DNA from: Eledone cirrhosa
Lineage: Eukaryota
Assembly: GCA_964016885.1 (NCBI GenBank)
Contig: CAXHJY010001399.1
Coordinates: 62,001 to 126,000 of the forward strand
Direction: 5' to 3'
Length of the DNA stretch: 64,000 bases
Each line of letters opens with the position of its first letter. The first letter of the stretch is position 1. Under the pieces are notes generated by a model. The model saw nothing but the letters and a program-made list of their open reading frames with translations, did not search any database and had not been told where the DNA came from. Both the position numbers and the translations under genes were made by a program. Below are positions 1 through 14,907 of the stretch, one piece after another.

Positions 1-279
1 ATAAAAGAGAAAACACAGGTAAGCATTAAGAGAAGGATTTTATCCAGGTATTTACGACCGTTTCATTGGTAAGTGCAACCTTATATTGCTATACTGCAAA
101 TAGCAGCAACTCAATTATAATTGTTGTTCACAGTCGAAATTTTCAAAATTTGGACTGTGAACAACAATTATAATTGAGTTGCTGCTATTTGCAGTATAGC
201 AATATAAGGTTGCACTTACCAATGAAACGGTCGTAAATACCTGGATAAAATCCTTCTCTTAATGCTTACCTGTGTTTTC

Positions 280-287
<8 letters not shown>
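1..287. repeat. Fold-back palindrome (135-bp arms), probable PLE-derived inverted terminal remnant abutting (TA)n
   Basis: 1-135 is the reverse complement of 153-287; contains GAAA-CGGTCG-TA (HHR 3' half); followed by (TA)n(GA)n; may extend beyond the window start. Confidence 0.85.
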
Positions 288-342
<55 letters not shown>

Positions 343-415
343 TATTTATATTTCATAATATAGAGAGATGTGTATATATACTATAATATAGAGAGTTAAG
401 TTTATATATTATGAT

Positions 416-1062
416 GGAAGAGACTATGTAGCCGGTCCCAGTAAAATAGACTCCCAGGCTATTTAACCGGTAAGAGTGTCAGACACCATGACTTGTGGAC
501 CAAGTTAAGACAATTTGAAATCTTTACAACCATCAATTGTTAAAAAACAAGTTTAAATCATTTAGTCATCATATTATAATTCTGCTTGTGTTTCGTCCGT
601 TTGTAACGTATGTTACACTTTAGTTACATACACACACGTCTACTGAGTTACATACACACACATCTACTGAGTTACATACACACACATCTACTGAGTTACA
701 TACAGACACACAGCTACTGAGTTTTATGGCTTAAGAATTTTAGCAGAAAGTCACGACCTGGGTTAAAGATAGTAGTCATGACTTGGGTAAGTAGTCACGA
801 CCTGGGTTAAAGATAGTAGTCACGACCTGGGTTAAAGATAGTAGTCATGAGTTCGGTAAGTAGTCACGACCTGGGTTAAAGATAGTAGTCATGACTTCGA
901 TAAGTAGTCACGACCTGGGTTCTAAAACATTATTTATTATTTAGTGGTAAAATAAGTTTCCAAGACAGCCGGCTACTGTTGCGTCTTTTTAGAGTTTACC
1001 GGTAAAATAAGCTTTAAAAGCATGTTTTCTATTTTGCCGGGACCGGCTATGTAGCCTATTCC
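416..1062. mobile_element. Mutator-like (MULE) MITE
   Basis: About 35-bp imperfect TIRs (GGAAGAGACTATGTAGCCGGTCCC... / ...GGGACCGGCTATGTAGCCTATTCC); perfect 9-bp TSD TATTATGAT at 407-415 and 1063-1071; short internal tandem repeats. Confidence 0.85.
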
Positions 1063-2718
1063 TATTATGATCTGCTTTTTGTTTTAAGGATATGGAAAAT
1101 GTTAAACGACTTGAACGCTGTGTCTCTCATATGAGTGTCTCACTGAACTAGCTGGTCTTTCATCTTTCTACTTCTCTTGATGTCCTACTGAGATGTAAAT
1201 TTGGTATATAAATATTTAAGTAACAGATACACGTTCATGTTAATTTATATTTGATTCCTTTTGCTTTACTAATTACAGAAGTGCTTTGGCAGTATTGGGG
1301 AAATTATTTCAAAACAACCCTTTGGTTTCTGGTTCCACTCTTAAGGAATTTCATGCTAAATCGTTTTAACCCAGATGCTCGCAAATTGTAATTTTCCCTT
1401 GCTTATTCAAACTGAGACACACGGGGGATTTTCTCTCTACTAATAGTCATATCGAAACATTCTTAAAATATCTTCGGATAGTCGTGTAGGGTTATTACAA
1501 AGTAAGGAATTACATATAAAATTTATTTGAGCTTATCGGTAGAATGTTAACTGTCTCTTTCGTGATTAGAAAACATCACTAAAAGGAATAACTGAAAAGA
1601 AACTGGTGGAAAAAAATGTCTTGTTGATTCTCCGTGGTTTTGTAACGTTATGAAAGTTCAGCTGCGGATGGTAAATTATAATAACATTTGCTATGATGAA
1701 AATTCACTAGCTTCTCTGCCGTTTCGTGTTTTTTCATTAGCTTTTCTAGTTCAAACATTCCACTTCGTCAAGGCTGCGAGAAAGTAATTATTTACGAACG
1801 TGAAAGCAAATCTCTTGTCATTTAGGAATGACTACAAATATAGTTTGGGAAAGATATTTCGATTGCAGAATCTAGCAATTTAAGCAGTCACTACTTCTTC
1901 CCCTGTAACTTACAGAATTCTGTCACCCAAGCAAAAATGTAGTAAAAATGTTCTCACTGATACCCAGATGGCAAGACCAACTTAGCTCAGACTAAAGTCT
2001 GTTACGATTAAGATTTCAATGTTGAATTTTATTTTAGATATTTTCATTAGTTTTAGAATAATGGCAGATAACTGCCAGAGGGGTTTTCTTTTTTGAATTA
2101 GATTTATCAAAGATGAATTCTTAAGACTGATGACAATATAATTAAGCTTTTGGTTATTTTAATTGAATTTAGTGCTAATTAATTCATAGCGAGTTTTTTA
2201 ACAAGCTGAGTCATATTCTACAGATCACTGTATATATACTTTACTTAATAATTACGATGTTAACATCACTACTTTTCTTTTATATGTGATACATAAACAC
2301 ATCCCATTCACAATGGTTATACCTCCAGATACACATAGACACCTTCATAAGCTATATAGACACCTCCCACCTATATATACTACCAGATGCACATAGACAC
2401 CCCCCCCCACCTACATACACAACTCCCACCTATATATACTGCCAAATATACATAGACACCTTCATAAACTATATACACACCTCCCCACTTATATACACAC
2501 CTCCAGATACACATACACACCTCCCCACCTATATATACGGTGATACACTAAAAATTAATAATATACATACATACACATACTCTCTATATACACATATACA
2601 CACCAGTATATACACATATATATATATTTAACGAAGGGATATTAGAAAGTAATTGTTAATGATGGGGTTAACATGGTTATTAGAAATGATTATAACAATA
2701 ATAAAGATTTAGTTTATA

Positions 2719-3074
2719 CTAGCAGATTTACCCGGCGTTGCTCGGGGTTTGAAATTATGCTAAGAATATACAGCTAGGAAGTAAAAGAAGAACATTATTT
2801 GTCCTCAACCTGTCAATATAAGCAGTCTCTTTATAAGGATTGTCAATAAAGTTGGTTATCTCCCTTACATCAATTTTGCTACCGATAATTTTGATATCGA
2901 TTTTTTATTGCTCAACGTGGGTCGATTTGAAAAATGTTTGTGATGTGACAATCTTAGCGACCTGTGCAACGTGCACAGAAAATTTGGTCAAATTCAGTTG
3001 GTAATTGTAAAAGCCTTAAGTATGCAAAGTTGTACACAGACACACACACATCCTCGCTTTTATATATATAAAGA
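2719..3074 (-). mobile_element. Non-autonomous Helitron
   Basis: Minus strand begins TC (3074) and ends CCCGAGCAACGCCGGG hairpin plus CTAG (2719); inserted between A and T. Confidence 0.8.
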
Positions 3075-3723
3075 TATAAAGGTTTACTTCACTTGAGTCA
3101 AAAAGAACAATAAACATATTACCACGAGTTGCAAAGGTTGACAATGTTATTTTTGTTGTTGGTTCATGAGGCTGGTGTAGTCTGCGACCAGGAGAGAGAG
3201 AGAGTAATGGTCTGTAATTGACTGTAGACCAGTGTGGCCCGTAGATAGCGGTGAATCTTTCACATAGCTTGTAATATCGTACTGCTCCGATCTCTCTGTA
3301 TGTCTGTAGACCTCTGGGGTCTGAAGGTAGAGGTGAATCTTTCACATGGCTGGTCTGTAGTCGTAGGGCTTAGATCTCTGTGTAAACGTGGGATGATACA
3401 GGCTTTATATACCTGTCGCTTTCTGAGGGGATAGCCCACGCATTAACCTGTTCACACCAAAAAGCTGGTGACTTAGAGTTTGACCTTTAGGTGTCACCCA
3501 AGATTCAAGGCGTAGGCAGATCTCGCTGTACACACCAGGTCTGAACAAAGAGGAACCAAACACCTACTGTCACTGCTCCCCCCCCCCCCCCATCTCTCAC
3601 TATTGTGAGCAAATGGAGGACTGGCGGCCCCACGGTCCCGGTGGACAGAATAGAGAAGGCCCCGGAGGATGGTGAGAGAGACACGCTAGAAGAGCCATTC
3701 CAGCTCACTGGGCTGAGATTAAT

Positions 3724-6700
3724 GGTAGAGGCTATGTAGCCGGTAAGAGGCTATGTAGCTCGTAACAGTGTCAGACACCATGAGTTGCGGCCCGAGTTAA
3801 GATGATTTGAAATATTTTCCACCATCAATTGTTAAAACATAAGTTAAAAACATTTAGTCGTCCATTGGTAACGGATGTTAGACTTTAGTTACATACACAC
3901 ATCTACAGGTAAATATATAGACAGATAGAGACAAGACAGGTGTAAACCTACATATACACACATCTACAGGTAAATATATAAACAGATAGAGACGAGACAG
4001 ATGTAAACCTACATATACACACACCTACAGGTAAATATATAGACAGATAGAGACAAGACAGGTGTAAACCTACATATACACATCTACAGGTAAATATATA
4101 GAGAGTTAGAGACAAGAGAGGTGTAAATCTACACATACACATCTACAGGTAAATATATAGACAGATAGAGACAAGAGAGGTGTAAACCTACATATACACA
4201 CATCTACAGGTAAATATATAGACAGATAGAGACAAGACAGGTGTAAACCTACATATACACACATCTACAGGTAAATATATAGACAGATAGAGACAAGAGA
4301 GGTGTAAACCTACATATACACATCTACAGGTAAATATATAGACTGATAGAGACAAGAGAGGTGTAAATCTACATACACACATCTACAGGTAAATATATAG
4401 ACTGATAGAGACAAAACAGGTGTAAACTTATATATACACATCTACAGGTAAATATATAGACAGATAGAGACAAGAGAGGTGTAAACCTACGTATACACAT
4501 CTACAGGTAAATATATAGACAGATAGGGACAAGACAGGTGTAAACCTACATATACACACACCTACAGGTAAATACATAGACAAGACAGGTGTTAACCTAC
4601 ATATACACACATCTACAGGTAAATATATAGACAGATAGAGACAAGACAGGTGTAAACCTACATATACACACATCTGCAGGTAAATATATAGACAGATAGA
4701 GACAAGAGAGGTGTAAATCTACACATACACATCTACAGGTAAATATATAGACAGATAGAGACAAGAGAGGTGTAAACCTACACATAGACATCTACAGGTA
4801 AATATATAGACAGATAGAGACAAGAGAGGTGTAAACCTACATATACACACATCTACAGGTAAATATATAGACAGATAGAGACAAGACAGGTGTAAACCTA
4901 CATATACAAACATCTACAGGTAAATATATAGACAGATAGAGACAACAGGTGTAAACATACATATAGACACATCTACAGGTAGATATATAGACAGATAGAG
5001 ACAAGAGAGGTGTAAACCTACATATACACACATCTGCAGGTAAATATATAGACATGTGCGGTGTATACCTACATATACACACACATACAGGTAAATATAT
5101 AGACAGATAGAGACAAGACAGGTGTAAACCTACATATACACATCTACATGTAAATATATAGACAGATAGAGACAAGAGAGGTGTAAATCTACATATACAC
5201 ATCTACAGGTAGATATATAGACAGATAGAGACAAGACAGGTGTAAACCTACATATACACACATCTACAGGTAAATATATAGACAGATAGAGACAAGAGAG
5301 GTGTAAATCTACATATACACACATCTACAGGTAAATATATAGACAGGTAGAGACATGAGAGGTGTAAACCTACATATACACATCTACAGGTAAATATATA
5401 GACAGATAGAGACAAGACAGGTGTAAACCTACATATACAGACATCTACAGGTAGATATATAGACAGATAGAGACAAGACAGGTGTAAACCTACATATACA
5501 CACATCTACAGGTAGATATATAGACAGATAGAGACAAGAGAGGTGTAAACCTACATATACACATCTACAGGTAAATATATAGACAGGTAGAGACAAGACA
5601 GGTGTAAACCTACATATACACACATCTACAGGTAGATATATAGACAGATAGAGACAAGAGAGGTGTAAACCTACATATACACACATCTACAGGTAAATAT
5701 ATAGACAGGTAGAGACAAGACAGGTGTAAACCTACATATACACACATCTACAGGTAGATATATAGACAGATAGAGACAAGAGAGGTGTAAACCTACATAT
5801 ACACACATCTACAGGTAAATATATAGACAGGTAGAGACAAGACAGGTGTAAACCTACATACACACATCTACAGGTAAATATATAGACAGATAGAGACAAG
5901 ACATGTGTAAACCTACATATACACACATCTACAGGTAGATATATAGACAGATAGAGACAAGACAGGTGTAAACCTACATATACACACATCTACAGGTAAA
6001 TATATAGACAGATAGAGACAAGACAGGTGTAAACCTACATATACACACATCTACAGGTAAATATATAGATAGGTAGAGACAAGAGAGGTGTAAACCTACA
6101 TATACACACATCTACAGGTAAATATATAGACAGGAAGAGACAAGAGAGGTGTAAACCTACATATACACACATCTACAGGTAGATATATAGAGAGTTAGAG
6201 ACAAGACAGGTGTAAACCTACATACACACATCTACAGGTAGATATATAGACAGATAGAGACAAGAGAGGTGTAAACATACATATACACACATCTACAGAT
6301 AAATATATAGACTGATAGAGACAAGAGAGCTGTAAACCTACATATACACACATCTACAGGTAAATATATAGACAGATAGAGACAAGAGAGGTGTAAACAT
6401 ACATATACACACATCTACAGATAAATATATAGACTGATAGAGACAAGAGAGCTGTAAACCTACATATACACACATCTACAGGTAGATATATAGACAGATA
6501 GAGACAAGAGAGCTGTAAACCTACATATACACACATCTACAGGTAAATATATAGACAAGAGCGGTGTATACTTACATATACACACACATACAGGTAAATA
6601 TATAGAGAGATAGAGACAAGAGAGGTGTAAACATACATATACACATCTACAGGTAAATATATAGACAGATAGAGACGAGACAGTTGTAAACCTACATACA

Positions 6701-7489
6701 CACATCTACAGGTAAATATATAGACAGATAGAGACGAGACAGTTGTAAACCTACATACACACATCTACAGGTAAATATATAGACAGATAGAGACGAGACA
6801 GTTGTAAACCTACATACACACATCTACAGGTAAATATATAGACAAGAGAGGTGTAAACCTACATATACACACATCTACATGTAAATATGTAGACAAGAGA
6901 GGTGTAAACCTACATATACACACATCTACAGATAAATATATAGACAGGTAGAGACATGAGAGGTGTAAACCTACATATACACACATCTACAGGTAAATAT
7001 ATAGACAGATAGAGACAAGAGAGGTGTAAACCTACATATACACACTTCGACAGGTAAATATATAGACAGATATAGACAAGGGAGGCGTAAACCTACATAT
7101 ACACACATCTACAGGTAAATATATAGACAGATATAGACAAGGGAGGTGTAAACCTACATATACACATCTGCAGGTAAATAGAGACAAGGGAGGTGTAAAC
7201 CTACATATACACATCTACAGGTAAATATATAGACAGGTAGAGACAAGAGAGGTGTAAACCTACATATACACACATCTGCAGGTAAATATATAGACAGATA
7301 GAGACAAGACAGGTGTAAATCTACATATATACACACATCTACAGGTAAATATATAGACAGATAGAGACAAGACAGGTGTTAACCTACATATACACACATC
7401 TGCAGGTAAATATATAGACAGATAGAGGCAACGGAAGGGGCTGGTGAAACACTATAGCAATGGGGTTTACCGGCTACATAGCCTATTTG
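3724..7489. mobile_element. Second copy of the MULE-like MITE family, expanded by an internal satellite
   Basis: TIRs GGTAGAGGCTATGTAGCCGGT / ACCGGCTACATAGCCTATTTG; TSD GAGATTAAT (3715-3723) vs GAGATTAAA (7490-7498); left subterminal region homologous to about 470-640. Confidence 0.8.
3890..7425. repeat. 59/61-bp tandem satellite, about 58 copies
   Basis: Unit CATCTACAGGTAAATATATAGACAGATAGAGACAAGAGAGGTGTAAACCTACATATACA(CA). Confidence 0.95.
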
Positions 7490-7970
7490 GAGATTAAACC
7501 ATTTGCAACAACTAACCTATCAATAATATTGTCATTTGTGTGTGTGAGAGTGTCTATATATGTGTGTATGTGTACATGTATATTTATGTCTGTATGTGTG
7601 TATACGTGTGCGTGTGTGTATATGCCTGTGTGTGTACGTGTATGTATGTGTGTGTGTGTGTGTATTTATGTGTGTGAGTGTATGTGTGCGTGTGCGTGTG
7701 TATGTGTGTGAGCGTGCGTGTGTATGTGTGTATTTATGCGTGTGTGTGTATGTACGTGTGCGTGTATGTGTGTCTATATGTGTGTATGTTTATATATATT
7801 TATATATATATATATGTACGTGTCTGCGTACGTGTGTGCATGTATGTATGCATGTATGTATGTATGTGTATGTATGTATGTATATATGTATGTATGTCAG
7901 GTATATATGTATGTATGTCAGGTATATATGTAAGTATGTGTATGTATGTATATATGTATGTATATATTAT

Positions 7971-8580
7971 GTCAGGTCACCAGTTGGTGCTACTGGTAAC
8001 ATGTATCCCAGTACAACCTGTCTCATGGTCGGGTCGTTGGCGACTAAACTGGCAACCCCACCAAGGTTTCTTGGTGAGGAGGGTGACTTTGGACATCCTG
8101 CAGGACTAAAAACAAAACCTGTCAAAGGGCAAAGGAGCTCTTAAGAGTCAATGGCCATCCAAAATCACCGGGAGAGATGACCCCTTAGCCTTTGTCAAGG
8201 CAGAATTCTAGGAGAAGGAAAACTCTGATATAACACCTGCAACCCTGATGGTATCTAATGATGTTGACTTGTTCTTCTTTTTGGTAAATATCATCTTGGT
8301 TAAGAGAGTGGGACTGGCTTTGTGCAGTGCCTTTGTTCACTATAAAAGCTTCACGGCACAGGCATTGCTTTATATCTGGAGATCTCTCTGCACTTGTCAT
8401 AACATGGTACCAAGGGCCCAGCACTATGTGTCAATAATTGTCACAAGTGTAGTGTTTGTACCAGAGTTTTCAAGTTGCTGGCTGGACTAAAAAGTCACAC
8501 TTGTTCAGCGCATCGATAGGGGTTCTCCTACATGGATATAAAGTAGTGGCCGTACTCGAAAACGAGTTGGCAGCCACCAT
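7971..8580 (+). mobile_element. Non-autonomous RTE-like retroelement (about 610 bp) in TG/TATG-rich microsatellite
   Basis: Near-identical copy at 45202-45810; 3' part encodes a C2H2-like CSVCTRVF...GLKSHT..AH* motif; ends GGCCGTACTCGAAAACGAGTTGGCAGCCACC followed by a TG/TATG-rich tail. Confidence 0.65.
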
Positions 8581-8596
8581 GTGTGTATATATGTTT

Positions 8597-10475
8597 CACC
8601 AATTTTTTCCCAATAGAGAGAGAGTCGGTTTCTAACATAGACACAAGACTCTCTCATTGGAATGTAGATATGTATGTATGTCTGCATGTGTAGATATGGA
8701 TGTGTATGTTTTGAGATGTATGTGTGCATGTGTATATGCTTTGTATCTGTACGTGTGTATATGCAATTATTAGATGCAAAATTTTTGGAATGTTTTACAT
8801 ATTTTTACTGTTCCATTAATGAATTGTACTAACTAGTTGTGTTCTTTCCGTTCCTGTGTATCGAGGCAGTTACTAACATACCCCAGTTCCCCAATAATCA
8901 CAGGCATAAATCTGATGGTGTAATCAGGTGGAGTTTCTACAGATTTCTCATCAGTTCTGCATAAATATTCTCCTTTTCGCTAATCTTTGATATTATATTG
9001 GCATCTGCTGGGCAGCTAATTTCCACTACTGTGCATGCTTTCTTCTCCCTGTCCCATATCATAATATCTGGTCTATTATGCCTGCATTTTGTATTGGCGT
9101 TTTTACTGGAACATTCCACCAGTACTCTTTCATATTATGTACATGGATGTCTTCCACATTGCTGTAGCTTTTAATGTGTTTATTATCGGGGCTATCTTTT
9201 TTACGGATTGCATTGTACAGTGTTTTTGTCACTACATCATGCCTCATAGGTAGATAGTACCGCGATGACATCTTTGGACAACTGCTGATGACATGGGTGA
9301 CATCTTCGATGTTAGCTCTGCACAGTCTGCACTTATCACATCTAGGTGTTTTGCCTGCATCCCTAGCTCTTTTGTGAATCAGGTATTTCGTGATAATTTC
9401 CTGTTCTTGGATTGCAAAAGCGTATCCTTCAATGTGGGAGTCAATATAGCGGTTGTTGGTCCAAGATAGACTACTTTCCTTATTACTCTCACTCTGGAGC
9501 TTCTTGGCAACATATCCATGCTTGATATTTTGCTGATAAGCATGCAGTTTTTCATCCATGGATTCACTGCGATACTGCTGCGTCTATTGTCCAATTGAGT
9601 ATTTCAAACGGTGTTAGGACAGGCACAGCAAACACATTGTGAGCCACTGTTTTTTTTTGCGCAGAGAGTTCCGATGACCAGATCTTTCTTAATCGGGTGT
9701 AGTCTTCCCTAGTTACGCGTTCCTTATTACAGATACCATTATAGGATATGTTCTCATCTATCCCCAGGTATCTGTAGCAGTCCTCATCAGATATCGGTGA
9801 AACAGTTAGGCCATTGATGACAATGTTGTTAGATTGGGTTGTTGTTTTTCCCCGCTTTACAGTCATATATGAGCATTTATCTTGGCCAAACTCCAATCCT
9901 ATATCCTTTGAGAACGTTGTAACCAGGTCAAGATTTTTCTTCATCCCATCCATGTTCTTGGCATAGAGTTTCAGATCATCCACAAAGAAATTATGGTTAG
10001 GTTCGTATTTCTGTCCTCCTGTGAGCCAATTATGTATCCCTCACATTTCTTGAGCAGAAAGGATAGGGGGTTTAATGACAAGATAAATAATATCACAGAG
10101 AGACTGTCTCCCTGAAATATACCCCTGCAATATTTTATTTTATCAGTGAAAATAGAGTTCTCCCTCTCTGTCTTTAACCTTAGGATAGTAGCCCAAGAAG
10201 AAGACAGCTTCTCTATGGCTCTGATAATAATGTCTGGGACTTTAGCAAGTTGGAGGGCCTCTATCATCCAAGAGTGGGGAACAGAATCGAAAGCTTTCCT
10301 GTAGTCCAGCCAGACTGTAGCCATATTCCTCCTAAGTTGTCGTACCTCCGACATCGCAGTTTTGTTGATTAGGAGTTGTTCAGCACATCCCCAAACTCCT
10401 TTCTTTCCAGCTGCTTGTTCATCTATGATGATGTTATTATTTTCACTGATCTTGGAGGAATAGGTTCAGGTAGGC
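8597..10475 (-). mobile_element. 5'-truncated, frameshifted R4/Dong-like non-LTR retrotransposon (RT, CCHC finger, restriction-like endonuclease)
   Basis: ORF pieces: WLDYRKAFDSVPHSW, GIFQGDSLS, DDLKLY, YRYLGI, CRLC...HVISSC, RHD, RPDIMIWD...VEISC. Confidence 0.9.
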
Positions 10476-10565
10476 TGTATGTATGTATGTATGTATGTAT
10501 GTTTGTATGTATGTATGTATGTATGTATGTATGTATGTATGTATGTATGTATGTATGTATGTATG

Positions 10566-10786
10566 CAGGCATTGCTTTATATCTGGAGATCTCTCTGCAC
10601 TTGTCGTCACATGGTACCATGGGCCCAGCACTATGTGTCAATAATTGTCACAAGTGTAGTGTTTGTACCAGAGTTTTCAAGTCGCTGGCTGGACTAAAAG
10701 CCACACTCGTTCAGCGCATCGGTAGGGGTTCTCCCACATGGATATAAAGTAGTGGCCGTACTCGAAAACGAGTTTGCAGCCACCAT
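10566..10786 (+). mobile_element. 5'-truncated copy of the RTE-like repeat
   Basis: Homologous to about 8358-8580; (TATG)n on both sides. Confidence 0.75.
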
Positions 10787-10807
10787 GTATGTATGTATGT
10801 ATGTATG

Positions 10808-12745
10808 TTATCTCTTTCTCTTAATTTCGTGTATTTTTTTTGACCGGCCACCTTCCTGGTGGCAAGGTTGTAAAAGAAAAGAAATTGTCACCCCTTCAAT
10901 CGCAAGAATGTTTTGCAAATTTTGAAGGTGCCAGCTATCGCAGCTATTTGTAGACTATGAATTAGGGAGCTGCGCTCTTTGTCCGCAAATCCAAGTTCAG
11001 TCATACTTTGGTCCAAGCGGGTTGGTATATAACCCGTAGCCCCACTAATGATGGGTATGAAGCTAAAGGTGTATCTTGGATACTGGATTTGTAAACTTCT
11101 CATCAATGGTCCGTAGATGTCCTCCTTCTCCTGTATTTTTCCGACAGCGTTTACATCAAATGAGCAGCTGATCTCGACAACAAAACACGTTTTCAATGTG
11201 TGGTCCCAAACAACAATATCAGGCCGGTTGTGCTTTAATTTGGTGGCAGTTTTTATTTTCAGGTTCCACCAGTATTCCTTAGTGCCATCTGTCTCAATAT
11301 ATTCTTCCTCGATTGTTATTAATTTTGTTTTCCGAAGTGCGTTCCAGATGGTTCTAGCTATCCCATCGTGTCTCATGGGGAGGTAGTAGCGAGATGACAA
11401 TCTTTCGCAGCTGGCAACAATGTGGCTTACATCTTCGATCTTTGTTTTACATAGCCTACATTTATTGTCAGCTGATGGCCCTCCTCTTTTGTGCAGCAGA
11501 TATTTGGTAGGGAGTTCTTGTTCCTGTATTGCATAGAGATATCCCTCAAGGTGTGATGTCATAAACTTGTCGGAACTCCATGCCAGGCTTTTTGAGTGGT
11601 TTATCCCCTATATGGTCTGTGTTTTACGTCTAAAGATTCCATGCACAACTTTTTCTGTAAATTGGTTAATTTTTTCATCTTGTTTGAACATTGGATAGGA
11701 TCTTCCGATTTCTTATGGGTGAGAGATTTATATCAGGCTTTATTCCATATCTCTCCTCCAGATCAGTGGCTATCCTAATGATATATTTTTTTCATGCTCA
11801 TAAACCTGGGCAAGATGGTTGCCAACCTTTTTCCTCTGTTGAAGATGTTGCTTCAGTGTTACTATCCGGGTCTCATATGTTGTTAATATTGATTTTAGAC
11901 CCCGGCCACCTTCCTTGCGTGAGAAGTATAGCCTATCCACATCACCATTGATGTTAAAGTTCCCAGTAACACTGAGAAGTTTGCGAGTTCTAACATCCAT
12001 CTCACTTAGTTCTTGCAATGACCAGTTAGGCAGGCCAAATATTGGCGTTAGAATTGGCACAGCATAAGTATTGTGGGCAATGTATTTGTTGTACGCTGAC
12101 AGTTCTGATGACCATATTTTCTTTACTCTTCTGAGGAATTCAGTTCTGGTTCTCTCCTTATTTATGGGTCCATCATATCTGACATTCTCATCCTGTCCAA
12201 GATATCTGTAGTTGTCACCTGACTGTAGAGGTTGTATTGTCAGGCCGTTCATCTCTAGATTTCTAGAGGAGGGCACAGCTCTTCCACGTTTTACTGCCAA
12301 ATATGTACACTTGGACTCACCAAATTTCATGTTGATGTCTGTTGAAAATTGTGTAATGAGGTCCAATTGTTTCTTGATGTCATTGATATTTGGCCCATAC
12401 AACTTCAGGTCATCAACAAAGAAAAGATGGGAGATACTTCTGGACCCACTTCTTTGTCCACCTTGTTTCCTGAGTAGGTAAGATAGTGGATTTAGTAAGA
12501 GAACGAAGAGTAACACTGACAAGCTATCTCTCTGAAAGATGCCCTTCTGGTAATGTATCTTATCAGTCTTAACTTGCTCCTTCTCACCTCTAAGGATCAA
12601 ATTGGTGTACCAGTTCTTGGTCAGACGTTCAACAGCAGCTACCAGTGATTGTGGGACTTTGGCTAACTGTAAAGCCTTAACAATCCACCCATGAGGTACA
12701 CTATCAATTGCTTTTTGATAGTCCAGCCACACCACAGTCATGTTT
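10808..12745 (-). mobile_element. Second, distinct R4/Dong-like non-LTR retrotransposon fragment
   Basis: ORFs 11770-12741 (WLDYQKAIDSVPH, FVDDLKLY, YRYLG, GGRGL) and 10888-11562 (CRLC..H...C, RHD, RPDIVVWD..VEISC); 3' end abuts (TACA)n. Confidence 0.9.
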
Positions 12746-13231
12746 CATTTTTTCATTTTTATATGTATCGACCTTCATCCTGACACTGCTTTGACTGAGA
12801 CACTTCTTTCCCTGTATATATCACTCGCATGTATGTGGTTGCGCGTGTGTGTGTGTTTATACGCGTCCTTTCATCCTTGTATGTGTATATATTTCAATCC
12901 TTAGTCCCTGAGTCTGTATGTACACTAACTCTATTATCTTACAATTTCTTTTTCAACATATATTATATACGTATTTGTGGTCACACATATACTGATATGC
13001 TTGCCCTCACATATGTACTTACGCACACATTTTTTCACTATACACATGCATTTGTACATACACACATATGTACATTTGTGAGTGAATATACACACATTTA
13101 TACACATACCCTAACTATATTTCCTTATTTTATTTTTATATATCTCTTGCATTACTTTTATTTATATATTTTTTTTGCCCGTTAAACTTTTACCTTTCTT
13201 GAGGAGATTTTTCAAATATTTCACTGTTTTA

Positions 13232-13309
13232 AATTGCCTTGTCTGACGAACGAATGCGGACGTTTCTTGTATTCGTCTTATTCGGGAAACCTCTGGTAAT
13301 GAGGTAATT
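13232..13309 (+). ncRNA. Type I hammerhead ribozyme motif
   Basis: AATTGCCTTGT-CTGACGA-stem II-GAAA-CCTCTGG-TA-ATGAGGTAATT; 11-bp stem I including GU pairs. Confidence 0.7.
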
Positions 13310-13322
13310 ATATTGTATTGTT

Positions 13323-13921
<599 letters not shown>

Positions 13922-13929
13922 TTTTATTT

Positions 13930-13985
<56 letters not shown>

Positions 13986-14297
13986 AGGGTTGACGGACCC
14001 AGCATATTTATCAATGCCAGTACCGGTTGTATCTCAGCGCACTCCATGGACAAAGTAAGATACAATCCCAGAGTATACACAAAGTTATTTGCTTCAACAC
14101 AACACACGTAAATATATATATATGTATGTGTGTGTGTGTGTGTGTGTGTGTCTGTGTGGGTGTCTGTGTGTGTCTGTGTGTGTGTCTGTGTGTGGGTCTG
14201 TGTGTATGTGTATTTCTGTCCGAGACGTTAAAACATCCTACACTACCACCAAATATAACTGTGCAGTTGCCTCCTGTGTTTTGTTTGTTCATTTTCA

Positions 14298-14400
<103 letters not shown>

Positions 14401-14907
14401 TATATAAATATACATAATATACACACATGTATTCATATACACACATATAGACGCGCTGGAAGAGTAAATTAACTGTTAGGTTTATATGTGACTGCAGGGG
14501 GTTTGGGCGTGGGATTGCTGGGGGGTGGTTCTTTATTTGTTTTCTTTGAAAGTACAAAGCGATTGCTAGCCGCCCCTCCACACAGACCCACCCCACCACC
14601 ACCACTACCACACCACCACCACCACCGCGGAATGATTTCATCTGTGAAAAACAAAACTAAAAAAGACAGCTAAATAAACAATAGTAGATAAAATAAAATA
14701 GAATAGGATGTAAAAGAATGAAAAAAAAAGTGTTTGTTGGTATCACTACCCCCAGCGCCACCATCGGGAGATATTTGAGAAGTTGACATGACAGGGGGGG
14801 GGGGGGGGGAGGGGTCATGTTATGGTGGAATCATTGGCTTGTTAACACAGGTTAAACAAATCAGAACATTATCTTCAGAGTGAAACATTCTTCATCAGTT
14901 AGATACC

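Noticed and set aside
1080-2250. Non-repetitive AT-rich stretch as a possible gene or transposase remnant
   Set aside because: No ORF of 60 aa or more and no recognisable motif
3948-8144. Many ORFs over the satellite and TG/TA repeats
   Set aside because: Translations of tandem repeats with no protein-like complexity
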